A DNA stretch of 37,250 nucleotides from an uncultured Bacilli bacterium (GCA_947591575.1 CANQDI010000002.1:1-37250), one strand, 5' to 3'; positions 28,929 through 37,250 are shown, counted from the stretch's first letter. Notes: generated from the letters alone by a model not told the origin. A program made the numbers and translations.

Positions 28929-29554
28929 TACTTAAGCACCTCCTCTATTTTTGTAAGTGCACCTTCAGTAAAGATAACAACGTCTGCATTGACAAGATCT
29001 AATACATTGACTTCATCATTAGCAAGCAATGCAACATTTTGTAAGTTTCTACTTGCAAGAATCACATTTTCATCAAAAGCATCTACCACAATTAAGACTT
29101 TCTTATCTGCTACTTGTAATGTGTTTAATAAAGAAATCATTTCTTTGGTTTTAGGTGTTACAAAAGAAATTTCTTCCAAAACCATTACTTGCTTTTGAGC
29201 AAATTTTTCTGATAATGCACTTTTTAAGGCTAAACGTCTTTCTTTACGATTCATTTTTTTGCCATAATCACGTGGTACTGGAGTTCCATAACGTCCTCCA
29301 CCTACCCATTGTACAGCACGGATAGAACCTTGTCTTGCATGTCCTGTTCCTTTTTGTCTCCAAGGTTTACGTCCTCCACCAGAAACTTCAGAACGAGTCT
29401 TTGTGGAATGAGTTCCTTGTCTTAATGATGCTTGCGCTAAAATAACAGCATCATACATTACTTTTTGGTTTGGTGTAATTCCAAATACTTCTTCATTTAG
29501 TTTTAATTCTTTAACTTCTTCACCTTTTAGATTTAAAAGTTTCACTTTATTCAT
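28928..29554 (-). CDS. rplD: 50S ribosomal protein L4
   Basis: 208 aa counted from MNKVKLLNLKGEE. AAAGGAGGAAATAAG lies immediately upstream. Contains GGGRKPWRQKGTGHARQGS. Confidence 0.95.
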   Translation of the reverse strand: MNKVKLLNLKGEEVKELKLNEEVFGITPNQKVMYDAVILAQASLRQGTHSTKTRSEVSGGGRKPWRQKGTGHARQGSIRAVQWVGGGRYGTPVPRDYGKKMNRKERRLALKSALSEKFAQKQVMVLEEISFVTPKTKEMISLLNTLQVADKKVLIVVDAFDENVILASRNLQNVALLANDEVNVLDLVNADVVIFTEGALTKIEEVLK

Positions 29555-29599
29555 CTTATTTCCTCCTTTCATCACAAAATGTGTCATTTTTACTCATGA

Positions 29600-30394
29600 T
29601 TATTCTTCTACTTTTTCTTCTTGTGATGATTCGTCTGTTGTTTCACTAGTTTCTTCTAAAGTCGTTTCAGTTTGCACTGTATCAGTAGATGTTTCTTCTA
29701 CAATTTCTACTGGAGTTTCTTCTACTTCTTCCACATAGGTGACTAACTCTTCCATTTCACGAACCGTATCTTTGTTCTTGATAGCAGTTCTAATTAAAAC
29801 TAAACTGTTTTTTGGTCCTGGAACATTTCCTTTAATAAGAAGACAATTATTTTCTAAATCAACTTGCACTATACTTAAATTTTGTACAGTTGACATTACA
29901 TGTCCCATTTGTCCTGGTAATTTCTTACCCTTTAATACGTGCATTGGTCTTAGTGTTCCTAAAGAACCTACACCACGATGATATTGAGAACCATGTCCCA
30001 TTGGTCCACGACTTTGATTATGACGCTTAATAACACCTTGGAAACCCTTTCCTTTACTAACGCCACTTACATCTACCATTTCACCTTCTGTAAACACTGA
30101 AGCGTCTAGAGTTTGTCCAAGAGTATAATCATCTACATTTACTCCTCTAATTTCTCTTAAGAAGCGCTTAGGTTCACATCCAGCTTTTTTTGTATGACCC
30201 ATTTTTGGTTTGTTGCTTTTCTTTTCTGATACTGTTTGATATCCTAATTGAATTGCAGCATAACCATCTTTTTCTACTGTCTTAATTTGAGTAACCACAT
30301 TAGGTTCTACTGAAACGACAGTTACCGGAATAAGTTTACCATTTTTAGTAAACACTTGAGTCATTCCGATCTTTGTACCTAAGATTCCTTTCAT
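29600..30394 (-). CDS. rplC: 50S ribosomal protein L3 with an acidic C-terminal extension of about 56 aa
   Basis: 264 aa. The canonical L3 core runs to about aa 208 ([15 protein letters not shown]...[20 protein letters not shown]). A Glu/Thr/Val-rich tail follows. Confidence 0.95.
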   Translation of the reverse strand: MKGILGTKIGMTQVFTKNGKLIPVTVVSVEPNVVTQIKTVEKDGYAAIQLGYQTVSEKKSNKPKMGHTKKAGCEPKRFLREIRGVNVDDYTLGQTLDASVFTEGEMVDVSGVSKGKGFQGVIKRHNQSRGPMGHGSQYHRGVGSLGTLRPMHVLKGKKLPGQMGHVMSTVQNLSIVQVDLENNCLLIKGNVPGPKNSLVLIRTAIKNKDTVREMEELVTYVEEVEETPVEIVEETSTDTVQTETTLEETSETTDESSQEEKVEE

Positions 30395-30409
30395 TTTATT
30401 TTCCTCCTA

Positions 30410-30721
30410 TTAGTTTGTTTTAATTTGAATGTCTACTCCACTTGGTAAGTCAAGTCTTGCTAATGCATCAATGACTTCCTTGCTTGGATTTTTAACATCA
30501 ATTAATCTTTTGTGTGTACGCATTTCAAATTGTTCACGTGAATCCTTATCTTTGTGTACTGCACGTAAAATTGTAAACTTTTCAATTTCTGTTGGTAGTG
30601 GAACTGGTCCTGAGATCTGTCCTCCACCTCTTTTAATTGTTTCAACAATCTTTGTGACAGCATTATCCAGAATTCTATGATCATATGCTTTTAATTTAAT
30701 GCGAATTCTTTCAGTTGACAT
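30410..30721 (-). CDS. rpsJ: 30S ribosomal protein S10
   Basis: 103 aa counted from [24 protein letters not shown] upstream. The ORF-track start is an over-extension into the leader. Confidence 0.96.
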   Translation of the reverse strand: MSTERIRIKLKAYDHRILDNAVTKIVETIKRGGGQISGPVPLPTEIEKFTILRAVHKDKDSREQFEMRTHKRLIDVKNPSKEVIDALARLDLPSGVDIQIKTN

Positions 30722-30840
30722 TTGTAAATCCTCCCTTCGCCTATATCGAGTATAGACTTGCTCCGTGCGAATAACCCGATAACCAATTAACAACTTAACC
30801 TGGTGTATCGGCAACCTCTCACATCTAAGCAGTCACACGT
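30722..30840 (-). promoter_or_regulatory. GC-enriched 5' leader of the S10 operon (candidate structured autoregulatory RNA)
   Basis: About 115 nt between the predicted promoter and the rpsJ ATG, visibly more GC-rich than its surroundings. It has a hairpin CCGATA-CA-CCAG...TTGG-T-TATCGG and a TTCGC...GCGAA helix abutting the SD. Confidence 0.35.
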
Positions 30841-30845
30841 ATTAA

Positions 30846-30874
30846 ATGATACCATAATCATTTTAAAAAAACAA
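30846..30874 (-). promoter_or_regulatory. Sigma-A-type promoter of the S10-spc-alpha operon
   Basis: On the minus strand: TTGTTT (30874-30869), a 17 nt spacer, then an extended -10 TGGTATCAT (30854-30846). Confidence 0.55.
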
Positions 30875-30940
30875 GTATTTTTATACGTTTTTCTTTCATT
30901 TTTATAGGTTTCACTTACTATATTTTACAAATGAAGATAG

Positions 30941-30975
30941 AAAAAAAGACCTATCTTAAAAGATAGTCTAAAAAA
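30941..30975 (-). terminator. Intrinsic (bidirectional) terminator upstream of the S10 promoter
   Basis: On the minus strand: AGACTATC, loop, GATAGGTCT (one bulged base), followed by T7. An A-run sits on the other flank. Confidence 0.6.
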
Positions 30976-31132
30976 TTGATTGCTTTAGAAGATGAAAAAA
31001 GATACAAATTCTCGTCTATATTGCAAACACAAATGAAGCTTCTCTTGCCCATGTGCCTTCAATCATTCGTACACCGCAGCAAATCACGACCAACTGGATA
31101 CGTACGATAAAACAAGTTGTTCTTTCCTATTA

Positions 31133-32362
31133 TTAATTCCCCTGTGACTCTTTTAATTTTTCAGGTTGTCTTCTCTTTTCTTCATGATAACTTGCAGGCA
31201 TAATACTATTTGCTCCATACTTACTTGTAATTTGATCAATAGCTTCTTGTACTTTATTGTTTTTTTCTTCTTGATGCTTTTCAAAGAAAGAAACCTGTTC
31301 ATGAACAGTCGTTGTTAAATCACTTAGTCGTATTCCAATATTTCTTATAGCATCTTCTCTCCAACTACCATCAAACAGAAGCACAGCATATTGATATATA
31401 TCTGCACTGATATTAGTAGGATTTACTAAGGTCATTTGATGAGAATAACTTTTGAAACAATGATTTTTATATGTCACTGCAATTGTTTTAGCATACATTT
31501 TTTTCTTTCTTAATGCTCTTCCGACCTCTTCAGCTTGATAAAATAAAATTTTTTTTAATTTAGACCCATCTTGATAATCATATTGCAATGTTTCCGAAAC
31601 ACTGATACATTTATTGGGTTCAGAAGTAGAGACTACCTCACTATCATCTTTTCCACAAGCTGCTTCTTTTAAAAAAATAGCTTGATTTTTAAAATGTTTT
31701 TTTAATAGAGAAAGGGGTGCTTGTGATAAATCTCCTATTGTATAAATTCCAAGAGACATTAGCTTTGCCTCCGTTTTCTTGCCTACCATAAATAAATCTC
31801 CCACTTTTAATGGCCATAATTTTGTTGCAAATTCATTTGGAAATAATGTATGAATCTTATCTGGTTTTTCAAAATCAGAAGCCATTTTAGCACATAATTT
31901 ATTGGAGGCGATTCCAATATTTACTGTAAAACCAAATTTTTCTTTTACCTCTTTTCTAATCTTTTCAGCAACAGCTATATAATCATGATATAAAAAAGAA
32001 GTTCCTGTAAAATCTAGAAAACATTCATCAATTGAAAATTGTTCCAAAGTAGGAGTATATTGGCTTAAATAATTCATCAAATCTTTGGAACATTTTCTAT
32101 ACCAAGAATAGTTTGCAGGAAAAACTTGAAGTTTCGGACATTTTTTTCTTGCACTATAAATAGTCTCTGCAGTTACAATCCCATATTTCTTTGCAACAGG
32201 ACTCTTCGCAAGAACAATCCCCCTTCGCTTCGTCTCATCACCACCTATAATAGAGGGAATGGTACGAATATCGATAGGATAACCCTTTTTTAGTAAATCG
32301 ATTGCGCTCCATGAAAGAAAAGCATTATTAACATCAATATGAAATATAATTCTTGGCATCAT
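31133..32362 (-). CDS. Y-family DNA polymerase (DinB/UmuC-like)
   Basis: 409 aa. N-terminal HIDVNNAFLSWSA corresponds to the DxD/NxFxAS motif. SIDECFLD catalytic motif. The little-finger region is present. A LexA box lies in its promoter. Confidence 0.88.
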   Translation of the reverse strand: MMPRIIFHIDVNNAFLSWSAIDLLKKGYPIDIRTIPSIIGGDETKRRGIVLAKSPVAKKYGIVTAETIYSARKKCPKLQVFPANYSWYRKCSKDLMNYLSQYTPTLEQFSIDECFLDFTGTSFLYHDYIAVAEKIRKEVKEKFGFTVNIGIASNKLCAKMASDFEKPDKIHTLFPNEFATKLWPLKVGDLFMVGKKTEAKLMSLGIYTIGDLSQAPLSLLKKHFKNQAIFLKEAACGKDDSEVVSTSEPNKCISVSETLQYDYQDGSKLKKILFYQAEEVGRALRKKKMYAKTIAVTYKNHCFKSYSHQMTLVNPTNISADIYQYAVLLFDGSWREDAIRNIGIRLSDLTTTVHEQVSFFEKHQEEKNNKVQEAIDQITSKYGANSIMPASYHEEKRRQPEKLKESQGN

Positions 32363-32385
32363 TCAACCTTCTTTTCTTATTTCAT

Positions 32386-32414
32386 ATTATACCTTGCAAA
32401 CATAAGTTCGTCAA
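32386..32414 (-). promoter_or_regulatory. Promoter with an embedded LexA (Cheo/SOS) box for the Y-family polymerase
   Basis: On the minus strand: TTGACG, a 17 nt spacer, TATAAT. CGAACTTATGTTTG (32410-32397) has one mismatch to the Firmicute consensus CGAAC-N4-GTTCG and overlaps the -35 and spacer. Confidence 0.7.
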
Positions 32415-32423
32415 TATGAACAA

Positions 32424-32447
32424 AGAAAAAACACGATTCGTGTTTTA
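32424..32447 (-). terminator. Intrinsic terminator after gpmA
   Basis: On the minus strand: AAAACACG-AAT-CGTGTTTT followed by TTTCTTT. Confidence 0.6.
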
Positions 32448-32467
32448 AAAAATCATCATGAAAAAGC

Positions 32468-33154
32468 TTACTTACCTAAGTCATATTGTTTTATAATATG
32501 GCAATTTTCGTCCATTTCATATATAAGTGGAATACCCAATGGAATTTCTAAGTGAGGAATTTCCTCTGCACTTATTTTTTCCAAATACATGCGAATAGCT
32601 CGCAATGAATTCCCATGAGCAACAATTAAAACATCTTTTCCACTAACTATTTGTGGTCTTATTTCTTGAAGAAAATAAGAAACAGCCCGATTCATGGTAT
32701 CTTTGAGACTTTCCGTTAATGGAAGTTCTTCTTCTGTTAAATCTTTATATTTAGGATCATTTCCAGGATAACGATCATCTGCTTTGGATAAAGTAGGAGG
32801 AGTTACCTCAAAACTTCTTCTCCACAATTGAACTTGTTTTTCTCCATATTTTTGTCTTGTCTCATCTTTATTAAGACCCTGAAGTGCTCCATAATGTCTT
32901 TCATTCAAATGCCAATTCTCAATCGTTAAAATTTCTTCCCCTAATGTTTCTTTGATAATAGAAAGGGTATCGACTGCCCTTTTTAATACTGAAGTATAAG
33001 CCATTTCAAAAGAAATTCCTGTTCTTTTTAATAGTATTCCTGCATGTTTAGCTTCTTTCTTTCCTTGTTCCGTTAAAGGAACATCTGTCCATCCTGTAAA
33101 ACGATTTTCCTGATTCCAAAGACTTTCACCATGTCTTACTAATACTAAATACAT
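32468..33154 (-). CDS. gpmA: 2,3-bisphosphoglycerate-dependent phosphoglycerate mutase
   Basis: 228 aa counted from [27 protein letters not shown] (RHGE catalytic motif). AAAGGAG RBS upstream. HGNSLR second His motif. Confidence 0.92.
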   Translation of the reverse strand: MYLVLVRHGESLWNQENRFTGWTDVPLTEQGKKEAKHAGILLKRTGISFEMAYTSVLKRAVDTLSIIKETLGEEILTIENWHLNERHYGALQGLNKDETRQKYGEKQVQLWRRSFEVTPPTLSKADDRYPGNDPKYKDLTEEELPLTESLKDTMNRAVSYFLQEIRPQIVSGKDVLIVAHGNSLRAIRMYLEKISAEEIPHLEIPLGIPLIYEMDENCHIIKQYDLGK

Positions 33155-33174
33155 CAACAAATATCTCCTTTCTG

Positions 33175-34446
33175 TTATCCTTCTTTCAAGCAAAAGATCG
33201 CATAAACAGGTAAGTAACGTACCCCTTTTTTAGTAGAAAAATTATTTTCTGTAATACGATATGCATCAGTTACAACAAATTTTTTCATGAAAACAGATAA
33301 GCTTTTCGCTTTAGATCCTGTTTTTGTTGCAATTTCAATAGGAATAACTTTTCCCATTCTATTTTGAATCACAAAATTCACTTCTGCTTTTCCTTCCGAT
33401 TGATAGTAATATAGTGAATACCCTGTCTCAACAAGGGTCTTGGCAATATGATTTTCGTAAAGTGTTTCTTTTATACCTTCCCCTTCTACAAATTGTTTTT
33501 TTGATAAATGAAGTAACATTGATAAAATTCCATCATCCGGAAAATAAAGTTTAAAATGATCTATTTCTCGACAAGAACTCAAAGGAGATTTCACCTGTCT
33601 TATTTTATAACTTCTATAAACGATTTGTTTTTTTACAAGACTTTGGATAATATTTTCATATTCCTTGGCACGATGTCCAAAACCAATCATCCCATATTGA
33701 AATTTTTTGTTTTCTTTAAGCAATTGTTTTGGCATGCTATTTAAAACTTCTAATCCTCTTGGTACATCAATTAAATTTTCTTCTCGTACCAATTCTCCCT
33801 TAATGACATCAAATATTTTTCGTTGAATTGCACTTATTTCTCCATAAGATGCCCCTCTTTCCTTCGCAGCAACCACTTCTGGATATCCTCCAGTTAATAA
33901 ATAATCATAAAACAGAGACAAGCTTTTAGAATGATATGGATTACTTTTTCCTTTTAAGAATGAAGTTCGAATTTTTTTTGCCATATCAATTTCATGAAAA
34001 GCTACTAAATATTCCTCATAATCCATTTCATGCATCATCTTATATTGAAATTCTTCTCCTTTAAAATTTGAAAGCAAATCAATTCTTGAGGTAATAGCAA
34101 TTACATGATAATGATTTCGTTCATATCCAAATAATTTAATTCCCTTAATAATATCCATCTCTTCTACATTGTCAAAAATAATAAGTGTTTCATCTGGATA
34201 AAATGGGACACCTGTCATCTGAGAAAAGGCAGTGACTAGTTTTGCCATAGATCTTTCTTTTTTAAATAAATCTATCAACTTTTGATGAGAGGAGGTATCT
34301 AGATAAATCGTACTACGATAATAATTTTCTCCAAAAGAAAGAGCTGCATATGTTTTTCCTATTTGTTTAGATCCATATAACAATAAGGGCTTACGAAGCA
34401 AATCACTTTTCCATTTTTTAAAAACAGTTGTTATTTTTCGTTCCAT
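33175..34446 (-). CDS. AAA+ superfamily ATPase (AAA_14 / DUF4143-like architecture)
   Basis: 423 aa. Walker A-like GSKQIGKT. Walker B-like LIIFDNVEE. The length and layout fit the widespread predicted-ATPase family (COG1373-like), which I recall rather than verified. Confidence 0.6.
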   Translation of the reverse strand: MERKITTVFKKWKSDLLRKPLLLYGSKQIGKTYAALSFGENYYRSTIYLDTSSHQKLIDLFKKERSMAKLVTAFSQMTGVPFYPDETLIIFDNVEEMDIIKGIKLFGYERNHYHVIAITSRIDLLSNFKGEEFQYKMMHEMDYEEYLVAFHEIDMAKKIRTSFLKGKSNPYHSKSLSLFYDYLLTGGYPEVVAAKERGASYGEISAIQRKIFDVIKGELVREENLIDVPRGLEVLNSMPKQLLKENKKFQYGMIGFGHRAKEYENIIQSLVKKQIVYRSYKIRQVKSPLSSCREIDHFKLYFPDDGILSMLLHLSKKQFVEGEGIKETLYENHIAKTLVETGYSLYYYQSEGKAEVNFVIQNRMGKVIPIEIATKTGSKAKSLSVFMKKFVVTDAYRITENNFSTKKGVRYLPVYAIFCLKEG

Positions 34447-34583
34447 AAATTGCTACCTCCTTACATATTTTATAAAATAAGTATATCTTTTTTCTTTTAT
34501 TTCGTCAATTATAAAAGCATTGTTTCTTTTCCTCTTTCTCTATGCTAAATTTGTAGTATAATAAAAAAAGAAAGGATGATCAA

Positions 34584-35570
34584 ATGCCTGCTAGTGTTAC
34601 CCATGCTTATTTTGCAATGGATCTTTATTATCAACTTCCCATCGGATTAAAAAAATTATTAATGGACGAAAAAGGAAAATTAAGAATGTTTTCTCAAAGT
34701 ATGGACGCCATGTTTTTTTATCGTATATTTACACCACAAAAAGGAAAAAGAATTCGAGAATTTGGCCATTTTTTTCATGAAAATGAAAGTCAAACTTTTT
34801 TTATCAATCTTGTTAATTATATTAAATACAACGGTTATTATCAAAAAGCAGATGTCATGGCTTTTTTATATGGTATGATTGCTCACTACATATTAGATTC
34901 TACTATGCATCCTTTTATTATTTATCAAACGGGTATTTTCGATCAGAGAAAAAAAGAAACAGCAAAATATCGAAATCTTCACGATGAAGCAGAAACTTTA
35001 CTTGATCTTGCTATGATAAAAGAAAGAGAAAAAGGAAATCCTTATGCTTTTCGAATCGATCAGTTTTGTTTCGATCAAGAGCCATTTAGTCATGAATTAA
35101 AAGAAGTAATTGATTATGCTTTCAAAGAGACATTTGATGTACATGAAATGAGTAAATTTTATAGCAGAGCATTAAAAGATATGAGACATTTTTTGCGACT
35201 TTTTCGCTATGATAGAACTGGAATAAAGAGAATAGGATACACATTAATAGAAATATTTACGTTAAGAAAGACATTCCATTTTCATGTACTTTCTTATCAT
35301 TTATCTTTGAAGAAAAGAAACACTTATCGCAATTTAGAACATAATACTTGGAATCATCCAGGAAGAAAGCAAGAAAAACATACAACCTCATTTGATGATT
35401 TATATGAAATGGCCCAAAAAAAAGCAATCAATACCATTACTAGCGTCAATGATTATCTCCAAAATAAAAAAAGAACAGATCTAAAAAAAGTTTTTCCAAA
35501 CACTTCCTATACTACTGGAAAAGACTGTCATAAGAAAATCATCTTAAAATATATAAAAGAGGATCTATAA
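34584..35570 (+). CDS. Putative zinc-dependent phospholipase C-like family protein
   Basis: 328 aa. N-terminal MPASVTHAYFAMD. His/Asp-rich motifs GHFFHENES and AHYILDSTMHPF recall the Zn_dep_PLPC-like family. AAAGGATGA RBS. Confidence 0.45.
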   Translation: MPASVTHAYFAMDLYYQLPIGLKKLLMDEKGKLRMFSQSMDAMFFYRIFTPQKGKRIREFGHFFHENESQTFFINLVNYIKYNGYYQKADVMAFLYGMIAHYILDSTMHPFIIYQTGIFDQRKKETAKYRNLHDEAETLLDLAMIKEREKGNPYAFRIDQFCFDQEPFSHELKEVIDYAFKETFDVHEMSKFYSRALKDMRHFLRLFRYDRTGIKRIGYTLIEIFTLRKTFHFHVLSYHLSLKKRNTYRNLEHNTWNHPGRKQEKHTTSFDDLYEMAQKKAINTITSVNDYLQNKKRTDLKKVFPNTSYTTGKDCHKKIILKYIKEDL

Positions 35571-35619
35571 AAAACTTTTTCATACATAAAACAAAGAAAA
35601 ATAGGCATTCTAAAAACAG

Positions 35620-36633
35620 GTGATGATAATGTTTTTAAGATATGCTTATCGAAAAGAAAATGGAAAACTTGTCTTATATTTATACAAAACAACACAGTTT
35701 GAATTTGCACAAGAAAATCTTGTCATAGAAGATGAACCCATCCAAACATTAGAAGAAGAAGCAATTCATTATATTAAAGAAAACAAATTACCTCTTTCAT
35801 TTGATAAAGTTTATATTCTAATTGATGGAAATATCGTAAAGACCATTCCAAAAGATCAATTTAGCTTAGAAGAACGAGAACTACATCAAAGAAAGAAAAA
35901 TGAGACCACCTTTTTAATTACATTAAGAGATGGAGACAAAGAAAAGCAAATAAGTCTCTTTCAATATTTAATGGGTTCTTTATTTGCAAATATTCCCTTT
36001 CCACTCCATCAAGAATCTTTAAAAGCACTTGTGATTCTTTATCGTACTTATGCGCTTGATAAATTGAATGAAGTTGGGTATATTGAAGCTAAAAATTCCT
36101 TTATTACTTACAAAGATCCATTCATCTATAAATTTACCTACTTAGAAAGATTTCAAGAAATTTATGACAAGTACAAAGAAGCTATTTTGAAAACAAAAGG
36201 ATTATATTTACTTTCTAATGGAAAACCCATTAAACCATATATACATTTTGTAAGTAGCGGATATACAAAAGAAAATAAAAAGGATACTTATTTAGTATCC
36301 AAAAATAGTTTGTGGGATATGAAAGCTAAAAATTATTTACAACAATTTTTCTTTTCTTATTCGGATTTAGCAAAAAGATTTTCTCTTCATCAAAAAAGTA
36401 CAAATAACCTTCATAAAAGTTATTCAAAAAAAGAAATTGCTTGTATATTAGGACTTCCTTCATTTGATTTCACTTGCATTGAGGAAAAAGATGGAATGAC
36501 CTTTCTTTCAAGAGGAATTGGTAATGATTTAGGGCTTTCCCTTTTCGGTGCCAATTACTTAGCAGAACAAGGATTTTCTTATTCACAAATTTTAGCTTAC
36601 TATTTTCAAAATATTATGATGTATCAACTATAA
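35620..36633 (+). CDS. SpoIID/LytB-domain protein, divergent and possibly non-catalytic
   Basis: 337 aa. YLMGSLFANIPFPLHQESLKALVILYRTYAL aligns without gaps to the SpoIID core (YV.GVVASEMP....EALKAQALAARTY). The C-terminal GIGNDLGLSLFGANYLAEQGFSYSQILAYYFQN corresponds to GHGVGMSQ.GA......Y..IL.YYY. The start codon is ambiguous (GTG 35620, ATG 35623 or ATG 35629). Confidence 0.65.
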   Translation: MMIMFLRYAYRKENGKLVLYLYKTTQFEFAQENLVIEDEPIQTLEEEAIHYIKENKLPLSFDKVYILIDGNIVKTIPKDQFSLEERELHQRKKNETTFLITLRDGDKEKQISLFQYLMGSLFANIPFPLHQESLKALVILYRTYALDKLNEVGYIEAKNSFITYKDPFIYKFTYLERFQEIYDKYKEAILKTKGLYLLSNGKPIKPYIHFVSSGYTKENKKDTYLVSKNSLWDMKAKNYLQQFFFSYSDLAKRFSLHQKSTNNLHKSYSKKEIACILGLPSFDFTCIEEKDGMTFLSRGIGNDLGLSLFGANYLAEQGFSYSQILAYYFQNIMMYQL

Positions 36634-36650
36634 GCCATTCGGCTTTTTTC
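36632..36650 (+). terminator. Weak terminator candidate between the convergent SpoIID-like and amidase genes
   Basis: AAGCC-ATTC-GGCTT followed by TTTTC. The stem is only 5 bp. Confidence 0.3.
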
Positions 36651-36656
36651 TTTTGA

Positions 36657-37190
36657 TTAAGAAGATTCTTTTTTAGAAATCGTATCAAAATAGGTAATAA
36701 CACTTTTTGTAATAGAATTGGCCAAACTTTTTTGATAATTTTTATCTTGTAAATTGACTCGATCATGATAGTTAGAGAGAAAACCACATTCAATTAATAC
36801 CCCTGGTATTCTTGTATTAGAATACAGATAGAGATTTGTCTTTTTTAGTGTTCTTACTTTCGAGAAATCCAATTTAAATTGATCTATTAAGATTTTTCCT
36901 AATACTTGATTATTAGGATGAATAGGATGATATAACACCTCGATACCGCGATAGGAAGCATTCTCATGGAAATTCATGTGAATGGATAAATAAAGGTCAC
37001 TTTTTTGTTTTTGAATTTTCAAAATTCTTCGGTATAAATCTCCTCTTTTTTTCAAAGGATCCCATTTACTAGATAAGTCAGTGTCATCTTCCCGAATCAT
37101 ATAGACAATCGCACCTTTTTCAATCAGAGTACTTTCTAATACTTTAGATACTGCAAGATTTATATCCTTTTCTTGAATAGAACCAACCAT
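36657..37190 (-). CDS. N-acetylmuramoyl-L-alanine amidase (Amidase_3, CwlD-like), 5' end problematic
   Basis: 177 aa from the first ATG. Contains SIHMNF, GIEVLY and GVLIECGFLSN motifs. The conserved AHGGRDPGA Zn-ligand motif is encoded in frame upstream of that ATG (37217-37191). It is preceded by in-frame TAA TGA (37247-37242). Confidence 0.7.
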   Translation of the reverse strand: MVGSIQEKDINLAVSKVLESTLIEKGAIVYMIREDDTDLSSKWDPLKKRGDLYRRILKIQKQKSDLYLSIHMNFHENASYRGIEVLYHPIHPNNQVLGKILIDQFKLDFSKVRTLKKTNLYLYSNTRIPGVLIECGFLSNYHDRVNLQDKNYQKSLANSITKSVITYFDTISKKESS

Positions 37191-37250
37191 CGCTCCAGGA
37201 TCACGACCACCATGTGCAGGAATAGGAAAAGTCCAAAAATATCATTATTT

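Noticed and set aside
30722-30814. N-terminal extensions of the ORF-track calls for rpsJ, map (19919-19981), rpsZ (24337-24372), rplX (25214-25243), rplD (29555-29587), gpmA (33155-33193), FemAB-1 (10000-10011), FemAB-2 (10139-10147), the HTH gene (2779-2814) and the membrane ORF (14863-14865).
   Set aside because: In each case an internal ATG matches the conserved N-terminus of the family and has a properly spaced Shine-Dalgarno sequence. The longer start has none, or it overlaps the preceding gene.
1-37250. I looked for tRNA or rRNA genes, CRISPR repeats, IS or transposase genes, integrases and long direct or inverted repeats.
   Set aside because: I saw none. There are no GGTTCGAATCC-type T-arm motifs, no regularly spaced repeats, and every long ORF is accounted for by housekeeping or other assignable functions.

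Overview
This is an AT-rich window (roughly 30% GC by eye) that uses the standard genetic code, since TGA acts as a stop. The gene content suggests a low-GC Firmicute, possibly Erysipelotrichia-like, but that placement is only an inference. The core is the complete S10-spc-alpha ribosomal superoperon on the minus strand, running rpsJ to rplQ (30721 down to 16685) and including secY, adk, map, infA, rpmJ and rpoA. It has no rpmD (L30). Downstream on the same strand are an archaeal-type proS, then a leucine (CUU) T-box leader that controls a small membrane ORF and leuS. The left part holds an SmtB/ArsR-family repressor with a Zn/Cd P-type ATPase, an HTH gene with a small ORF, an nrdD-nrdG-dut operon, a divergent NrdD-like paralog, two divergent FemAB-family genes, and an unlisted Cse60-like mini-ORF. 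The right part holds an SOS-box-controlled Y-family polymerase, an AAA ATPase with gpmA, a phospholipase C-like gene, a SpoIID-like gene and a CwlD-like amidase. I found no rRNA, tRNA, CRISPR array or mobile element. Two observations stand out. (1) A complete Nudix hydrolase domain with an intact Nudix box is nested inside leucyl-tRNA synthetase, just after the CP1 editing domain. (2) An ATP-cone plus NrdD-barrel paralog lacks the Zn-ribbon and glycyl-radical tail and the first active-site cysteines. Lesser items are an atypical T-box terminator geometry, apparently degenerate SpoIID-like and CwlD-like genes, an acidic tail on L3, and GC-enriched non-coding segments around the S10 promoter.
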